Source: an uncultured Chroococcidiopsis sp.
GTDB lineage: Bacteria > Cyanobacteriota > Cyanobacteriia > Cyanobacteriales > Chroococcidiopsidaceae
Direction: 5' to 3'
Assembly (NCBI GenBank): GCA_964248365.1
Contig: CAXTYC010000009.1
Coordinates: 61,991-125,990 of the forward strand
Length of the DNA stretch: 64,000 nucleotides
The position numbers were made by a program, and so were the translations under genes. Position 1 is the first letter of the stretch, and each line of letters begins with the position of its first letter. The notes beneath the pieces were generated by a model, which ran no database searches, was not told the DNA's origin, and saw only the letters and a list, made by a program, of their open reading frames with translations. Below are positions 1 through 10,178 of the stretch, one piece after another.

Positions 1-298
1 TCCTAGTAGCATAGAAGCATTATACCAGCATTATGCCAGCCCATGTCAACCGAAAAAAAGATTACTATAAGGCTTACAGAAGAAGAGTGGGATATATTAG
101 ATGCTTATTGCAAACAGCAACTCCGAAATAAAACGGATGTACTAAGAGAGTACATCCGAAAGCTCACAAGCAAAGTGAGAAAAAATTAGTAATTGTGAGC
201 AAACTAGATACTGTCTTTTAGCCTTCACTTTACTAATGGTATTCACACTCGACTTAGCACTAGTGGCATAATGGCTGCTAGTATACTGCATTCTGGCA

Positions 299-955
299 AT
301 GGAACTTTTTACGGTTGGACACTCTAATTACAGCATTGAGGCTTTTATTGCACTGCTGCAACAGCATGGGGTGACAGCTTTGGCAGATGTGCGATCGCAT
401 CCGTACAGCCGTTATCTGCCCCACTTCAATCAGGCATCCCTGAAAACAACGGCACGAGATGCAGGAATTCGTTATGTCTTCCTTGGTCGTGAGTTGGGAG
501 CTAGACCCAGCGATCGAACCTGCTATGTTGATGGTAAAGCGTTGTATGAAAAAATTGCATCTACAAGAGCTTTTTCAGATGGCATTGAGCGCATATTAAA
601 AGGTACAAAAACTTATAAAATTGCGATGATGTGTGCTGAAAAAGATCCTATCACCTGCCATCGAGCAATTTTAGTTTGTCAGCACCTACGCGAATTTAAT
701 CTAGAGATCAGCCATATTATGAAGAATGGTGAATTAGAAACTCATCATCACCTCGAAGAAAGGCTGCTAAAGTTACATGAGTTAAATTTGCCACAACTAC
801 CAGAGGCAGTTCAACTGACTCTATTTAGTAATGTATCGCCACAACCCACTAGTAATCGCTCAAAGGAAGACCTGCTTATAGAAGCTTATAAACGACAAGG
901 AAATCTAATTGCCTACACAGAGAAACAGGAAAGTTCCTATGAGCAAGTCAGTTAA
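299..955 (+). CDS. DUF488 family protein
   Basis: N-terminal FTVGHSN, DVRSHPYSR, ELGAR and C-terminal MMCAEKDPITCHR motifs typical of DUF488. Confidence 0.85.
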   Translation: MELFTVGHSNYSIEAFIALLQQHGVTALADVRSHPYSRYLPHFNQASLKTTARDAGIRYVFLGRELGARPSDRTCYVDGKALYEKIASTRAFSDGIERILKGTKTYKIAMMCAEKDPITCHRAILVCQHLREFNLEISHIMKNGELETHHHLEERLLKLHELNLPQLPEAVQLTLFSNVSPQPTSNRSKEDLLIEAYKRQGNLIAYTEKQESSYEQVS

Positions 956-1385
956 TCTATTTACAATTGGTTTTACTCAAAAGAGCGCTCAAAAATTTTT
1001 TGATACTCTGATGAACGCTGGGGTAAGAAGAGTTATCGACACAAGACTCAATAACGTTTCTCAGCTAGCAGGCTTTACAAAGCGTACAGATTTAGAGTAC
1101 TTTCTGAAAAAAATTGGAGGCATTGAGTATGTCCACGTACTAGATTTAGCGCCAACTCAAGATATTTTGGATGCATATAAGAAAAATAAGGGTGATTGGG
1201 AAACCTACGAAAAGAAGTTTTTGCAATTGCTATGCGATCGCAAAATTGAAAATAAAGTTTCACCAGAACTTGTAGAGGGTGGCTGCTTGCTGTGTAGTGA
1301 AGCTCAGCCTCACCATTGTCATCGTCGTCTAGTTGCAGAGTATTTGAGTGATAAATGGGGAAACATAAGCATATGTCACCTCTAA
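939..1385 (+). CDS. Second DUF488 family protein (short type)
   Basis: FTIGFTQKSA, DTRLNNVSQLAGF, CLLCSEAQPHHCHRRLVAEYL; ATG at 939 preferred over TTG at 909; overlaps the end of the previous gene. Confidence 0.85.
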   Translation: MSKSVNLFTIGFTQKSAQKFFDTLMNAGVRRVIDTRLNNVSQLAGFTKRTDLEYFLKKIGGIEYVHVLDLAPTQDILDAYKKNKGDWETYEKKFLQLLCDRKIENKVSPELVEGGCLLCSEAQPHHCHRRLVAEYLSDKWGNISICHL

Positions 1386-1395
1386 AAATAAATTT

Positions 1396-2208
1396 ATGGC
1401 TCAAATTGTCTGCCTCGCAAATTCCAAGAAACATGGCGATCGCTGCATTGCAGGTATTGAAACCTCTACAGGTAAATGGATTCGCCCCGTATCGAATTTA
1501 GATGACGGGCGGGTTCCTATAAATATGTGTTTAGTTGATGGTGAAGAACCATTACCATTAGATATCTTAGAAATTCCTCTAGCAACCACTGGTTCTGGCT
1601 ACGAGTGTGAAAATCGTTCGATATTACCTGGAAGATGGCAGCGAGTAGGAAGAGCTTTGCCGACAGATTTAGTTCATTAATGTGAACAAAAAATTATTCA
1701 TAGTCAATGGCTCAATGCTGTTCCTTTTTCCTTTCTACAATCCCTGCCGCTTCATCAAAGACGTACATTACAGCTTATTAGAACAACTAGACTTAATGTG
1801 ACTCTGTACCAAGATACAGGAAAGTGGGAAGTTTCTTTGCCAACAGTTAATGGACAACGAATGAAAGCTAAAATTACAGACTTGCATTTTATTGCCTAAT
1901 TAAACCAAGGTAACATTATAGAAAATGAATGTTTGGTTACTATTAGCTTAGGGCAACCCTGGCGCAAGACTAATACAGATGAATTATCTTGTTGGAAATT
2001 AATAGCAGGCGTTGTTGAATTGTCACCATCCGATTCGATATTGTTTGAAATGAAGCGACTGGATTGGTGTATAAATCGAGGAAGGGAATATTTGCAGCAA
2101 AATTACAATAAGCGATCATCGCGTCAACAACTGACTGCGACTGAAATAACTCAGTTCTTGAGTTACCTAAAATCCCTTTTTACTCCTGCAAGCAATTTAT
2201 CTCAATAG
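1396..2208 (+). pseudogene. Dual-OB-domain-type protein (DUF488-associated), interrupted by two in-frame TAA stops
   Basis: ORFs 1396..1680 and 1933..2208 are in one frame; reading through TAA 1678-1680 and TAA 1897-1899 gives a continuous protein (CLANSKKHGDRCIAG..WIRPV..TLQLI..KITD..VTISLGQPW..CWKLIAGVVE). Confidence 0.75.
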
Positions 2209-2211
2209 TGA

Positions 2212-3342
2212 GTGAAAACTGTTCGAGGCAAAGATAGACCATTACGGGTAGTAGTCTACACTGATGCGGCTGGTATTGGCGGCGCGGAAATCAGCCTTGG
2301 ACACCTAGTTGCATCAGTGTCCGACGATATAGAAATTATAGTGCTGGGTGTGTCTGAGCTTGTCGTTAATGCGATCGCCTCCCGTAGATCCCAAGCAGTA
2401 GCCAAAATACTACCTGCTGCCAAGGCTGGCTCGGTGATGGCACATTTGGCAGCACTACACCAATTACATCCCGACGTGGTACACTGCAACCTTTGCACTC
2501 CTTGGGCGTGTGCAACAGGGTTGGCGGTGGCGTTGACATTACCTCATGCTCGTGTTGTGCGAGTAGATCAACTTCCCCTACGTACTACAGATGCCTTGAC
2601 ATTATGGCGGACTCGTGCATTATCCTTGCGGGTTGATGCTCATGTTGCGGTTGGCTCGTCGAGTGCAAGGCGAATGGAGGATTTTTACGCCCTGGGTCGT
2701 GGCAGTGTCTTATCTATCCCTAACTGCGTACCTGATATTATAGGTGTACAGCCGCAGCCATTGCGACCTGACGGACAAATTGTAGTTGGTAGTGTCGGTC
2801 GGTTGGACGCGATGAAAGCCCATGATGTCTTATTAAAGGCGATCGCCCTCGTCGAAGGAGTACGAGTCGTTATTCTGGGCGAGGGGGCGCAACGTCTAGA
2901 ACTGGAAAAACTTGCTTGTGAATTAGGGGTGAGCGATCGTCTTTCTCTCCTCGGCTGGGTAGATGATCCTCGCACCTATTTATCAGAGTTTGACGTTATG
3001 GCTTTGCCCTCTCGCTCAGAAGGCTTCCCTTTGGCAATTGTAGAGGCAATGCTTGCTGCCCGTGCGGTAGTTGCTACCCGCGTCGGTAGTGTTGCTGAGG
3101 CAGTAATTGACGGTGAAACTGGGTTTTTAGTCGAAAAAGATGATATTGCCCAACTTGCCGCCGCATTACGTCGCTTACGTGACGATCCTGCACTGCGTAT
3201 TCGACTGGGAAAGCGTGGTAGAGAGGTAGCACAGGCAAAATTTACTGTTGAGCATATGGCTAATAGCTACCTCAGTCTATGGTATCAGATAGTGTCTGCG
3301 AGGCAAGCTCCTAGACTAAAGATTCCTCGTCCGCGTGATTGA
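2212..3342 (+). CDS. Glycosyltransferase family 4
   Basis: GGAE near N-terminus, VGRLDAMKAH, LPSRSEGFPLAIVEAM (EX7E), GETGFLV. Confidence 0.9.
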   Translation: MKTVRGKDRPLRVVVYTDAAGIGGAEISLGHLVASVSDDIEIIVLGVSELVVNAIASRRSQAVAKILPAAKAGSVMAHLAALHQLHPDVVHCNLCTPWACATGLAVALTLPHARVVRVDQLPLRTTDALTLWRTRALSLRVDAHVAVGSSSARRMEDFYALGRGSVLSIPNCVPDIIGVQPQPLRPDGQIVVGSVGRLDAMKAHDVLLKAIALVEGVRVVILGEGAQRLELEKLACELGVSDRLSLLGWVDDPRTYLSEFDVMALPSRSEGFPLAIVEAMLAARAVVATRVGSVAEAVIDGETGFLVEKDDIAQLAAALRRLRDDPALRIRLGKRGREVAQAKFTVEHMANSYLSLWYQIVSARQAPRLKIPRPRD

Positions 3343-3447
3343 GAGCAGAAAGAGCAACTTTAACAATAAAATTAACACTTCATGAAAATTCCTATATCCT
3401 GTGTGTTGATTAATAGTAGAAAGTCAAATCATCCAATTATATTGACT

Positions 3448-4149
3448 ATGACAATGAAACTTGTAGAAAAATTAAAACAGCAATGGCAGACACTGGTATT
3501 TGCCTACCGTTTTATGCAAATTGTCAAGGCTCCAGATGGAGATATGGGCAGTATTGGGCGACTAGCTAAAGCCAGCAATGATGCTTACAGTCTCAGGCTA
3601 GTAGTAGAGTTTCTTTCGCGCTATCCCCAAGCAAGGCTTGCATTTCAACAGCGCCCACGTCTAGGTAAAGTTGATTTACAGCAGCTCCATAAGTTGCCTG
3701 AAAATACTTTGGGCTATCTTTACGCAGATCATATGATCAAAAACGGTTTAACTCCCCTACAAGCAGGTAGTGCTGAGAATGATTATGCGTATTTAGCAGC
3801 ACATATCACTGAAACTCACGACATTTGGCACGTAGTCACTGGTTGTGACACAAACATAACAGGTGAGATTCAGCTTGAGGCGTTTTATATGACACAACTG
3901 TATGCATCTCGCTTTTGGATGGCACTGCTTGCCAAGAATTTGCTGAAAGCGGCTCTATTTAATGTAGAAGTTTCTGGTCAGTACCTGGATGCATTGGCTC
4001 AAGGGTGGATGATGGGACGAGAGGCACGACCTCTATTTGGTATTCAATGGAATACGCTATGGGAGACACCTTTAGAAGATATTCGTGCTTCTTTGAACAT
4101 TCCTTCTCATATAGGTCAAAAATCCATGCTTAAAGATGTTATTGTGTGA
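3448..4149 (+). CDS. Coq4 family protein
   Basis: LPENTLGYLY and ETHDIWHVVTG..GEIQLE (HDxxH..E metal motif); start ATG 3448 chosen, ORF open from 3382. Confidence 0.8.
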   Translation: MTMKLVEKLKQQWQTLVFAYRFMQIVKAPDGDMGSIGRLAKASNDAYSLRLVVEFLSRYPQARLAFQQRPRLGKVDLQQLHKLPENTLGYLYADHMIKNGLTPLQAGSAENDYAYLAAHITETHDIWHVVTGCDTNITGEIQLEAFYMTQLYASRFWMALLAKNLLKAALFNVEVSGQYLDALAQGWMMGREARPLFGIQWNTLWETPLEDIRASLNIPSHIGQKSMLKDVIV

Positions 4150-4300
4150 AATTTCCTTTGATTTGTGGACAATAAGATATTTGCTGCTAGTGTTTATGCG
4201 ATCGCCCATCATTTCCTTCTTGCATCTGCTCAAAAATCCGCCCAACAAAATAAATTTCAGAAACTATAGCAGTGAGTAAATAGATTAGGACAAGTCATAA

Positions 4301-4420
4301 TAATTCGTAATTCGTAATTCGTAATTCGTAATTGACTTGTTCTTGCCCCTTGTCCCCTTGTCCCCTTGTCGGGTTGTCCTCACGTGCGCCCCTACTCCCT
4401 ACTCCCTACTCCCTACTCCC
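4301..4420. repeat. Short tandem repeat cluster (TAATTCG)n, (TTGTCCCC)n, (CCCTACT)n between convergent genes
   Basis: Directly visible tandem 7- and 8-mers (STRR type). Confidence 0.85.
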
Positions 4421-5641
4421 TTTTCGTGTTGCAGCCATACAGTTTTGATAAACTTCTATATGTGTAAGGGCGATCGCATCCCAAGTAAAGTTACGCACGA
4501 AGCTACGACCTGCATCACTAAGCTCAATACGCTTTGCAAGATTTGCTAAAAGTTCTATCAGTGCGGTTGCTAAACCATCTATATCACGGGGTTTTACCAG
4601 TCTGACTATCTCCACCAAATCCGGTTCAGGTGGATCGTGGTGTGTAGCGACTACGGGTAAATCGTGAGCTAGTAATGTGAGAAGGGAACCGCTCTTAATC
4701 GTAACTCCGCAATTAAAAGGTAGCACCCCCACATCAGCGCCTGCTATGTAACGCGAAGCAGTATCAGCTGGTAAGTAACCAGTAATATGAACTGTTTTGT
4801 CTAAATTAAGATCGCATACGAGTTTATGCAGTTTATCCCAGTATTGAGTTGCCCCGTCACCACTCAAAGCTAAACTTTCAACTCCTCCAACCAATAGTAG
4901 ACGAGTGTGTGGATGATGGGACAGCACTTGCTTGAAGGCAAGTAGCAGGTTTTCTAACCCTTTGACTGGATGGAGAAAGCCAAAGAACACAATAACTGGG
5001 ACATCATTTGACCAATTGCAAGTTTGACGCAGCAACAGACGTGCCACATCGCGGTCAATAGGGGCGTTATCTATATTAGCGGCGATGGGGATGCGGTAGA
5101 GGCGATCGCGTATCTCAGGTAGTCGAGTATAGATTACTTTCTCAGCATCATTATTAGTGGTGACAATCGCATCACTTTGCGTTAGTAAAAAGCCATCCTC
5201 CCGATCCCACCAACTCCGACGTTGTCCCCAATTTTTCAACCATTCCAATAGTTGAGGCGGCACAAAACTCGGTTGCCATTCCCACCATCCATACTCATGT
5301 ATAGTGGTAACAATGGGATTACGCCAGCCTAGCATTCTTAAAAGTAGTGGCAGCAAGAAAATGGCGCGTTCAAAACTATAGGTTCCGGCGGCGTGTTGAA
5401 TATGTAAGATATCGGTAGGTGTAGCGAGTAGCGATCGCACCAACGGCACAAGGTCAGAAACACCCCAACCACGTACCACACCTCTGACAGTGCGATCGCA
5501 ACCAGCTTGATCTGCATCATAAGTAGAAAGTACAACTGATTGGATACCATGCTCACCCAGAACTGTGCGTAGACGTTGGGTATAGTGTGCTACCCCACAA
5601 CGCCCAGGCTCGAATGTACCCGCAATCATCGTCACGCGCAT
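4406..5641 (-). CDS. Glycosyltransferase family 4
   Basis: CGVAHYT, HIQH, FFGFLHPVKGLE, VLPF..SGSL; GT-B pattern. Confidence 0.85.
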   Translation of the reverse strand: MRVTMIAGTFEPGRCGVAHYTQRLRTVLGEHGIQSVVLSTYDADQAGCDRTVRGVVRGWGVSDLVPLVRSLLATPTDILHIQHAAGTYSFERAIFLLPLLLRMLGWRNPIVTTIHEYGWWEWQPSFVPPQLLEWLKNWGQRRSWWDREDGFLLTQSDAIVTTNNDAEKVIYTRLPEIRDRLYRIPIAANIDNAPIDRDVARLLLRQTCNWSNDVPVIVFFGFLHPVKGLENLLLAFKQVLSHHPHTRLLLVGGVESLALSGDGATQYWDKLHKLVCDLNLDKTVHITGYLPADTASRYIAGADVGVLPFNCGVTIKSGSLLTLLAHDLPVVATHHDPPEPDLVEIVRLVKPRDIDGLATALIELLANLAKRIELSDAGRSFVRNFTWDAIALTHIEVYQNCMAATRKGSRE

Positions 5642-5700
5642 TATCTATTCTCCCGTGTCATAGCTACCAAACTAGGAGTCACAAGTCAGAAGTTGTGAAG

Positions 5701-6840
5701 TCACAAGTCGAAATTCGGAATTCTCCCTCTCTCCCCCTCTCCCCCAGCTTCCCCAGCTCCCCCTGCTCTCACGCGCGCCCCTCCCCAAAGCAGCTCCAAC
5801 CCTGCCGCCACTACTTTTTCGGGGGGAATGTCCAAGCACTCCAGATCATAGGGACAGGTAAATGAGTAACAGGGACTACAGTCAGTCGGCTGGCGCAGCA
5901 ACCGTGTGGGTGCATGGCGGGGTCGCCACTGGGATTCGTATTCAGTTCCAGCAAACATGATTACACTAGGGGTGCGTGTCGCATCGGCTAAATGCATAGT
6001 TGAGGTATTGTTGGTTAATACTAATCGTGTGCCTGCTATGAGCGCGGCAAGCTCAGATAGACTTGTAGCACCGATGAGATCGATCGCTAATGGTTTCAAT
6101 GCTTCAAGTATGGTCGCGCTGCGCTCGCGGTCTTTTGGCATCCCAGTCACAACCACTCGCCAACCTGTAATTTCGGCTAAACGACGGCTGGCAGAGGCAA
6201 ATCTCTCCCAAGCATAGTTACGCGATTGGCAACTCGTCCAGGGGTTGAGTAGTAAATAGGGCGTGTCGGCAGATAATCCGTGTTCGAGTAGCATTGCTTC
6301 TGCGCTGTGTCGTGCCGACTGGGGAACTTGGATCATCAAACTGCGATCGCTTACCTCAAACCCGACTGATTCAATTAGCCGCAGATTGCGCTCTACCTGA
6401 TGAATTTCATCTGGTGCTGATTTTACCTCAGTGCTTAAAACACCACCACCCCATTCTTTAGATTCGCCTAATCGCAACCCAATACCAGCTAGATAGCACA
6501 TAAAGCCTGCTGGGTGAGGAGTCTGGCTAAAGCTGGTGAAAATGATTGCTGCATCGAAGTGGCGATCGCGGATCTTTGATATCAGATCCCATTCCCTCTT
6601 TGGGTTGAAATCAAGCTTCCCTAAATCTTGCCAAAGTACACGCTCTGGTAAAACATCATCTACCCAAGGTAGTAAAGATGCCGCCCCACCGCCACCAGGA
6701 CTAGCCATTAGAGTTACACGCGCCTGGGGCAGATTTTGTTTAATAGCACAAAGTGCCGGACTTGTCATCAGTACATCGCCGATATTATCCAGCCGCATAA
6801 CTAAAATATTACGTGCATTAGCCCATTGAGGATCGATCAT
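5701..6840 (-). CDS. Glycosyltransferase family 9 (heptosyltransferase-like)
   Basis: RLDNIGDVLMTSPA, FDAAIIFTSFSQ, NNTSTMHLADA; ATG 6840 chosen because the extension to 6960 is repeat-derived. Confidence 0.9.
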   Translation of the reverse strand: MIDPQWANARNILVMRLDNIGDVLMTSPALCAIKQNLPQARVTLMASPGGGGAASLLPWVDDVLPERVLWQDLGKLDFNPKREWDLISKIRDRHFDAAIIFTSFSQTPHPAGFMCYLAGIGLRLGESKEWGGGVLSTEVKSAPDEIHQVERNLRLIESVGFEVSDRSLMIQVPQSARHSAEAMLLEHGLSADTPYLLLNPWTSCQSRNYAWERFASASRRLAEITGWRVVVTGMPKDRERSATILEALKPLAIDLIGATSLSELAALIAGTRLVLTNNTSTMHLADATRTPSVIMFAGTEYESQWRPRHAPTRLLRQPTDCSPCYSFTCPYDLECLDIPPEKVVAAGLELLWGGARVRAGGAGEAGGEGERGRIPNFDL

Positions 6841-6858
6841 CGAAGCTGTGAATAATTG

Positions 6859-6914
6859 GTAAAGGGTAAAGGGTAAAGGGTAAAGGGTAAAGGGTAAAGG
6901 GTAAAGGGTAAAGG
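6859..6914. repeat. Heptamer tandem repeat (TAAAGGG)n
   Basis: About 8 consecutive copies visible. Confidence 0.9.
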
Positions 6915-6956
6915 ATACTTCGTAATTATATTTATCTCCCCCAGCTCCCCCAGCTC

Positions 6957-7961
6957 TCACGCGCGCCCCTCTAATAGCGAGATGGCGGCGTTGAGTACAA
7001 CATCTGGTGCGATCGCATCAGTGCAAGTTTGCAGGGGGTCGAAGGGACACGCCCCATACCAACACTGTTGTAATGTGAAGTTATGAATCATCCGTTCAGG
7101 ACACTCCCGATAGCCCTGCAAATTCACATGGGGGGGTGGTTGACCATATCGCTCATGCCATGATGGTCCAAATAGAGTAATTGTCGGTACACCAAGCGCC
7201 GCCGCGATCCGAGCAGGTCCAGTATCAGATGCTACAACTAATTGGGCGTGAGCCATCACAGCCGCTAGCATGGACAGCGTAGCTCGTGGTAAAATTTGTG
7301 TTGCACCTCCAATTTCACAGGCAATCTGTGTAGACTGCTGGGGCTGGGAACCGATGGGAACAATTATTGTAGCGTTGTAGTGCTCCTGCAACTGTTTCCC
7401 TAGACTGACAAAGTTTGCCCCCTTCCATTGCTTAATTACCATGCCTGCATCTGGGTACAAGATGACAAGTGGGCGATGGAAATTCCCAAGTACCTTGTGA
7501 GCATGGTGTTGTTCGGTGGAAGAAAGATGAAGTTGTGGAGTGGCGTAAGCGTCTGGTTTAATCAATCCCTCATCCAGTAATATTTGAATAAACCTTTCTC
7601 CAACACGCTCGTTAGCAGGTGGCGATCGCCAAAGATTTGTCACCACCCGTGATGCGCCACTATCTTGAATTAGCTGCTCAATAGAGTCATAGTTAGTATC
7701 AGAAACTATCAGATCGAATTTGTCGTCGCTAAGCAATTCTTCCACCGCTTTTCGCGCAACATGAGGATTATTCTCACTTTTTTCGACACAGACAATCCTA
7801 TGAATTAGCGGATCGCTTTTAAGTAGTTCTCCTCCAGGTGCAAAAGTCAAGACTGTAAGTTTAGCTTCAGGATGAGAACGCCCCAAAGCTTGAATAGCCG
7901 ACAATGCTATCAAAACATCACCAATTCCACCCAGAAGCTCTACAAACAAAATATTACGCAT
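6957..7961 (-). CDS. Glycosyltransferase family 9
   Basis: GGIGDVL, YPDAG..KQW, SDTGPARIAAALGVPTITLFGP. Confidence 0.9.
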   Translation of the reverse strand: MRNILFVELLGGIGDVLIALSAIQALGRSHPEAKLTVLTFAPGGELLKSDPLIHRIVCVEKSENNPHVARKAVEELLSDDKFDLIVSDTNYDSIEQLIQDSGASRVVTNLWRSPPANERVGERFIQILLDEGLIKPDAYATPQLHLSSTEQHHAHKVLGNFHRPLVILYPDAGMVIKQWKGANFVSLGKQLQEHYNATIIVPIGSQPQQSTQIACEIGGATQILPRATLSMLAAVMAHAQLVVASDTGPARIAAALGVPTITLFGPSWHERYGQPPPHVNLQGYRECPERMIHNFTLQQCWYGACPFDPLQTCTDAIAPDVVLNAAISLLEGRA

Positions 7962-8018
7962 AATTCATAATTCGTGAGGAGACAGAAGATAGAAGTCAGA
8001 AGTCAGAATAGTTAATTC

Positions 8019-8879
8019 CTAAGCTCCCCCAGCTCCCCCAGCTTCCCCTGCTGTCTCAATCCTTTTTTTGTCTAAGGACAAAAATTTATCCGCTGCCACT
8101 CGTCGCTCTACAATTGTGGTGGGTACTTCCTGATGGTAGACACCAGAAGGAATTATGCCGCAACCCCCATAGTCAGCCATTAACCGCTGCTGAACCAGAA
8201 CATCTTCTCCGCAGTGTTCGGGTGGAAGGTCTTTCCAAAAAGTGAAACCGCCAACATCACGGAGTTTAGCTGTATCATATAAAACACAGCCTGCCACCCA
8301 AGCAACACGATACTTGCGCTGATTATTTGGAGTCAAACCAAGGCGTTGCTGGAGATGATAGAGATTAGCAGCATTGTGTAGTCGCCAACGTTCCCACTGG
8401 GGTGTATCTGGTTTTACTACTTCCGGCTGAACGCTTTCCTCCCAAAAAGCGATCGCCTGCTCATGGGGGCGAATGTCGTTGATGAAGCTCAGTCCAATAA
8501 AAGCACTACCAACAAAACCACAGCCTTCTTCTCGAATTGCCCCCAGCATATTTTCAACCACGTATGGCTCAAGGATCAGATCATCATCAATAAATAGGGC
8601 ATAGGGTGCTGTTGCCTGATCCAACAGAAACTGCCTTTGCTCAGCTATACCCCGACGAGGTAGGTGTTTATGAACTTCTACCTTTTGTCCGTGAACACGC
8701 AGAACGCGCACTACGGCTTGCACCTCTTTTGTTTCCACAGGATTGCACTCTTCGGTCTGATCGGAAATGACAACGCGAAAGTCACAGAAGGACTGAGCTA
8801 CAAGACTAGTAAGAGTGACAGCCAAAGCAGTGGGACGGCTATAGGTAGGGATGAGTATATCAACAGCAGTCATCGCCAT
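8019..8879 (-). CDS. Glycosyltransferase family 2
   Basis: ILIPTYSRP, VVISDQ, ALFIDDD (DxD), GEDV. Confidence 0.9.
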   Translation of the reverse strand: MAMTAVDILIPTYSRPTALAVTLTSLVAQSFCDFRVVISDQTEECNPVETKEVQAVVRVLRVHGQKVEVHKHLPRRGIAEQRQFLLDQATAPYALFIDDDLILEPYVVENMLGAIREEGCGFVGSAFIGLSFINDIRPHEQAIAFWEESVQPEVVKPDTPQWERWRLHNAANLYHLQQRLGLTPNNQRKYRVAWVAGCVLYDTAKLRDVGGFTFWKDLPPEHCGEDVLVQQRLMADYGGCGIIPSGVYHQEVPTTIVERRVAADKFLSLDKKRIETAGEAGGAGGA

Positions 8880-10087
8880 ACCTCTTGGGCAGAAATTAGG
8901 GGCGAGGAGTGAGGAGTGAGGAGCGAGGGGTAAGGGAAATTTTGGATTTTGGATTTTGGATAAGAGATTGGGATTTCTCCCTCAGCTCCCTCAGATCCCC
9001 CAGCTCCCTCAGCTCCCTCAGTGCCATATAGTTCATATACCGCCTGCACAACTTGTTGTGGTGTAACTAGGCGGAGGCAATTGTGATGCCCTTCTGGGCA
9101 GATACTCTTGTAACAAAATTTACATGGTACGTCGTGAAATAGAACTCGATGGGGAACACCCCAAGGAGTATGTTGGGGGTTGGTGAGGGCGTACAAATCG
9201 ATAACTGGAGTTTGCACGGCACAGGCAATGTGAACTGGTCCAGTGTTGTTTGAGATCAGCAGGGGCGCGATCGCAATTAAAGCCGCTAGTTCCTCTAAAT
9301 CGAGCCTGTCAACTAACTCGTAGGAAGGCACACCCATTGCTGTTTGAATACCCTCTACTAGTTGCCGTTCCGTCTGTGTTCCCGTAAATACCACCTGAAA
9401 GCCATCTAAAACCAGGTGACGGGCAACAGAGGCAAAATTTTCCGGCGGATAGCGGCGCGAGGCTGCCGTAGCACCAGGATGAATCACCACCAGAGGTTTA
9501 TTCAGGTCAACGCCAAGGTTTTGCAGCAGGTGGAGGACACCTCCGTGAGCTATCTGGGAAACTTGTAGAGATAGGCGCTCATCTTCAGTTTTACAGCCGA
9601 CATTAGCTACTAAATCCAACTGGCGGCGAACTTCATGGCGGATACCTTGATGGGGTTCTGGTTCAAGTACCCAGTCGGTGAGCATTTGATAAGGATTCTC
9701 CCGACAATGAGCAAGCCGCAAGGGAATATCTGCCAAGTAGCACATAAAGGCAGATGGTAAAGGATTTTGACTAAAAACTGTAAAAATCACGGCTGCATCA
9801 AACCCCAAGGAGCGCAGTTGCTCTACCATTTCAAACTCAGTTCGACTGTTTTCTCTGGGGGAGGTCGCTTTCAGCCAAGGAGCATCATAAACGATGATAT
9901 GATCAATTTCTGGTATTCTAGATGCGATCGCTTGTCCCGCTCTTGATGTCAACAGCGTAATTTGTCGTTTTGAGTGTGATTCCTTAATTGCCCGAATAGC
10001 AGGACTTGTCATCAGTACATCCCCTAGGGAGTCCAACCTGATGCAGAGGATGTTTTGGGCATCGTTCCAAGTTTTAGTTATAGTCAT
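8870..10087 (-). CDS. Glycosyltransferase family 9 (heptosyltransferase II-like)
   Basis: RLDSLGDVLMTSPA, HEVRRQLDL, IHPGATAASRRY, NNTGPVHIA; ATG 10087 chosen (ORF open from 10225). Confidence 0.9.
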   Translation of the reverse strand: MTITKTWNDAQNILCIRLDSLGDVLMTSPAIRAIKESHSKRQITLLTSRAGQAIASRIPEIDHIIVYDAPWLKATSPRENSRTEFEMVEQLRSLGFDAAVIFTVFSQNPLPSAFMCYLADIPLRLAHCRENPYQMLTDWVLEPEPHQGIRHEVRRQLDLVANVGCKTEDERLSLQVSQIAHGGVLHLLQNLGVDLNKPLVVIHPGATAASRRYPPENFASVARHLVLDGFQVVFTGTQTERQLVEGIQTAMGVPSYELVDRLDLEELAALIAIAPLLISNNTGPVHIACAVQTPVIDLYALTNPQHTPWGVPHRVLFHDVPCKFCYKSICPEGHHNCLRLVTPQQVVQAVYELYGTEGAEGAGGSEGAEGEIPISYPKSKIQNFPYPSLLTPHSSPLISAQEVWR

Positions 10088-10178
10088 GTCACTTATTGGC
10101 GTGGAACCAGTGAAAGAGCGTGGAGGCTCGATATCAAATTTAGAAATTACCCTAAGAGCGATATTGCGCGATCGCTCC

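Noticed and set aside
1396..2208. Programmed stop-codon readthrough or recoding
   Set aside because: TAA is used as a normal stop throughout the window; pseudogenisation or sequencing error is simpler
6841..6960. N-terminal extension of the GT9 gene (FTLYPLP repeats)
   Set aside because: Encoded by tandem repeats; the family-like sequence starts at ATG 6840
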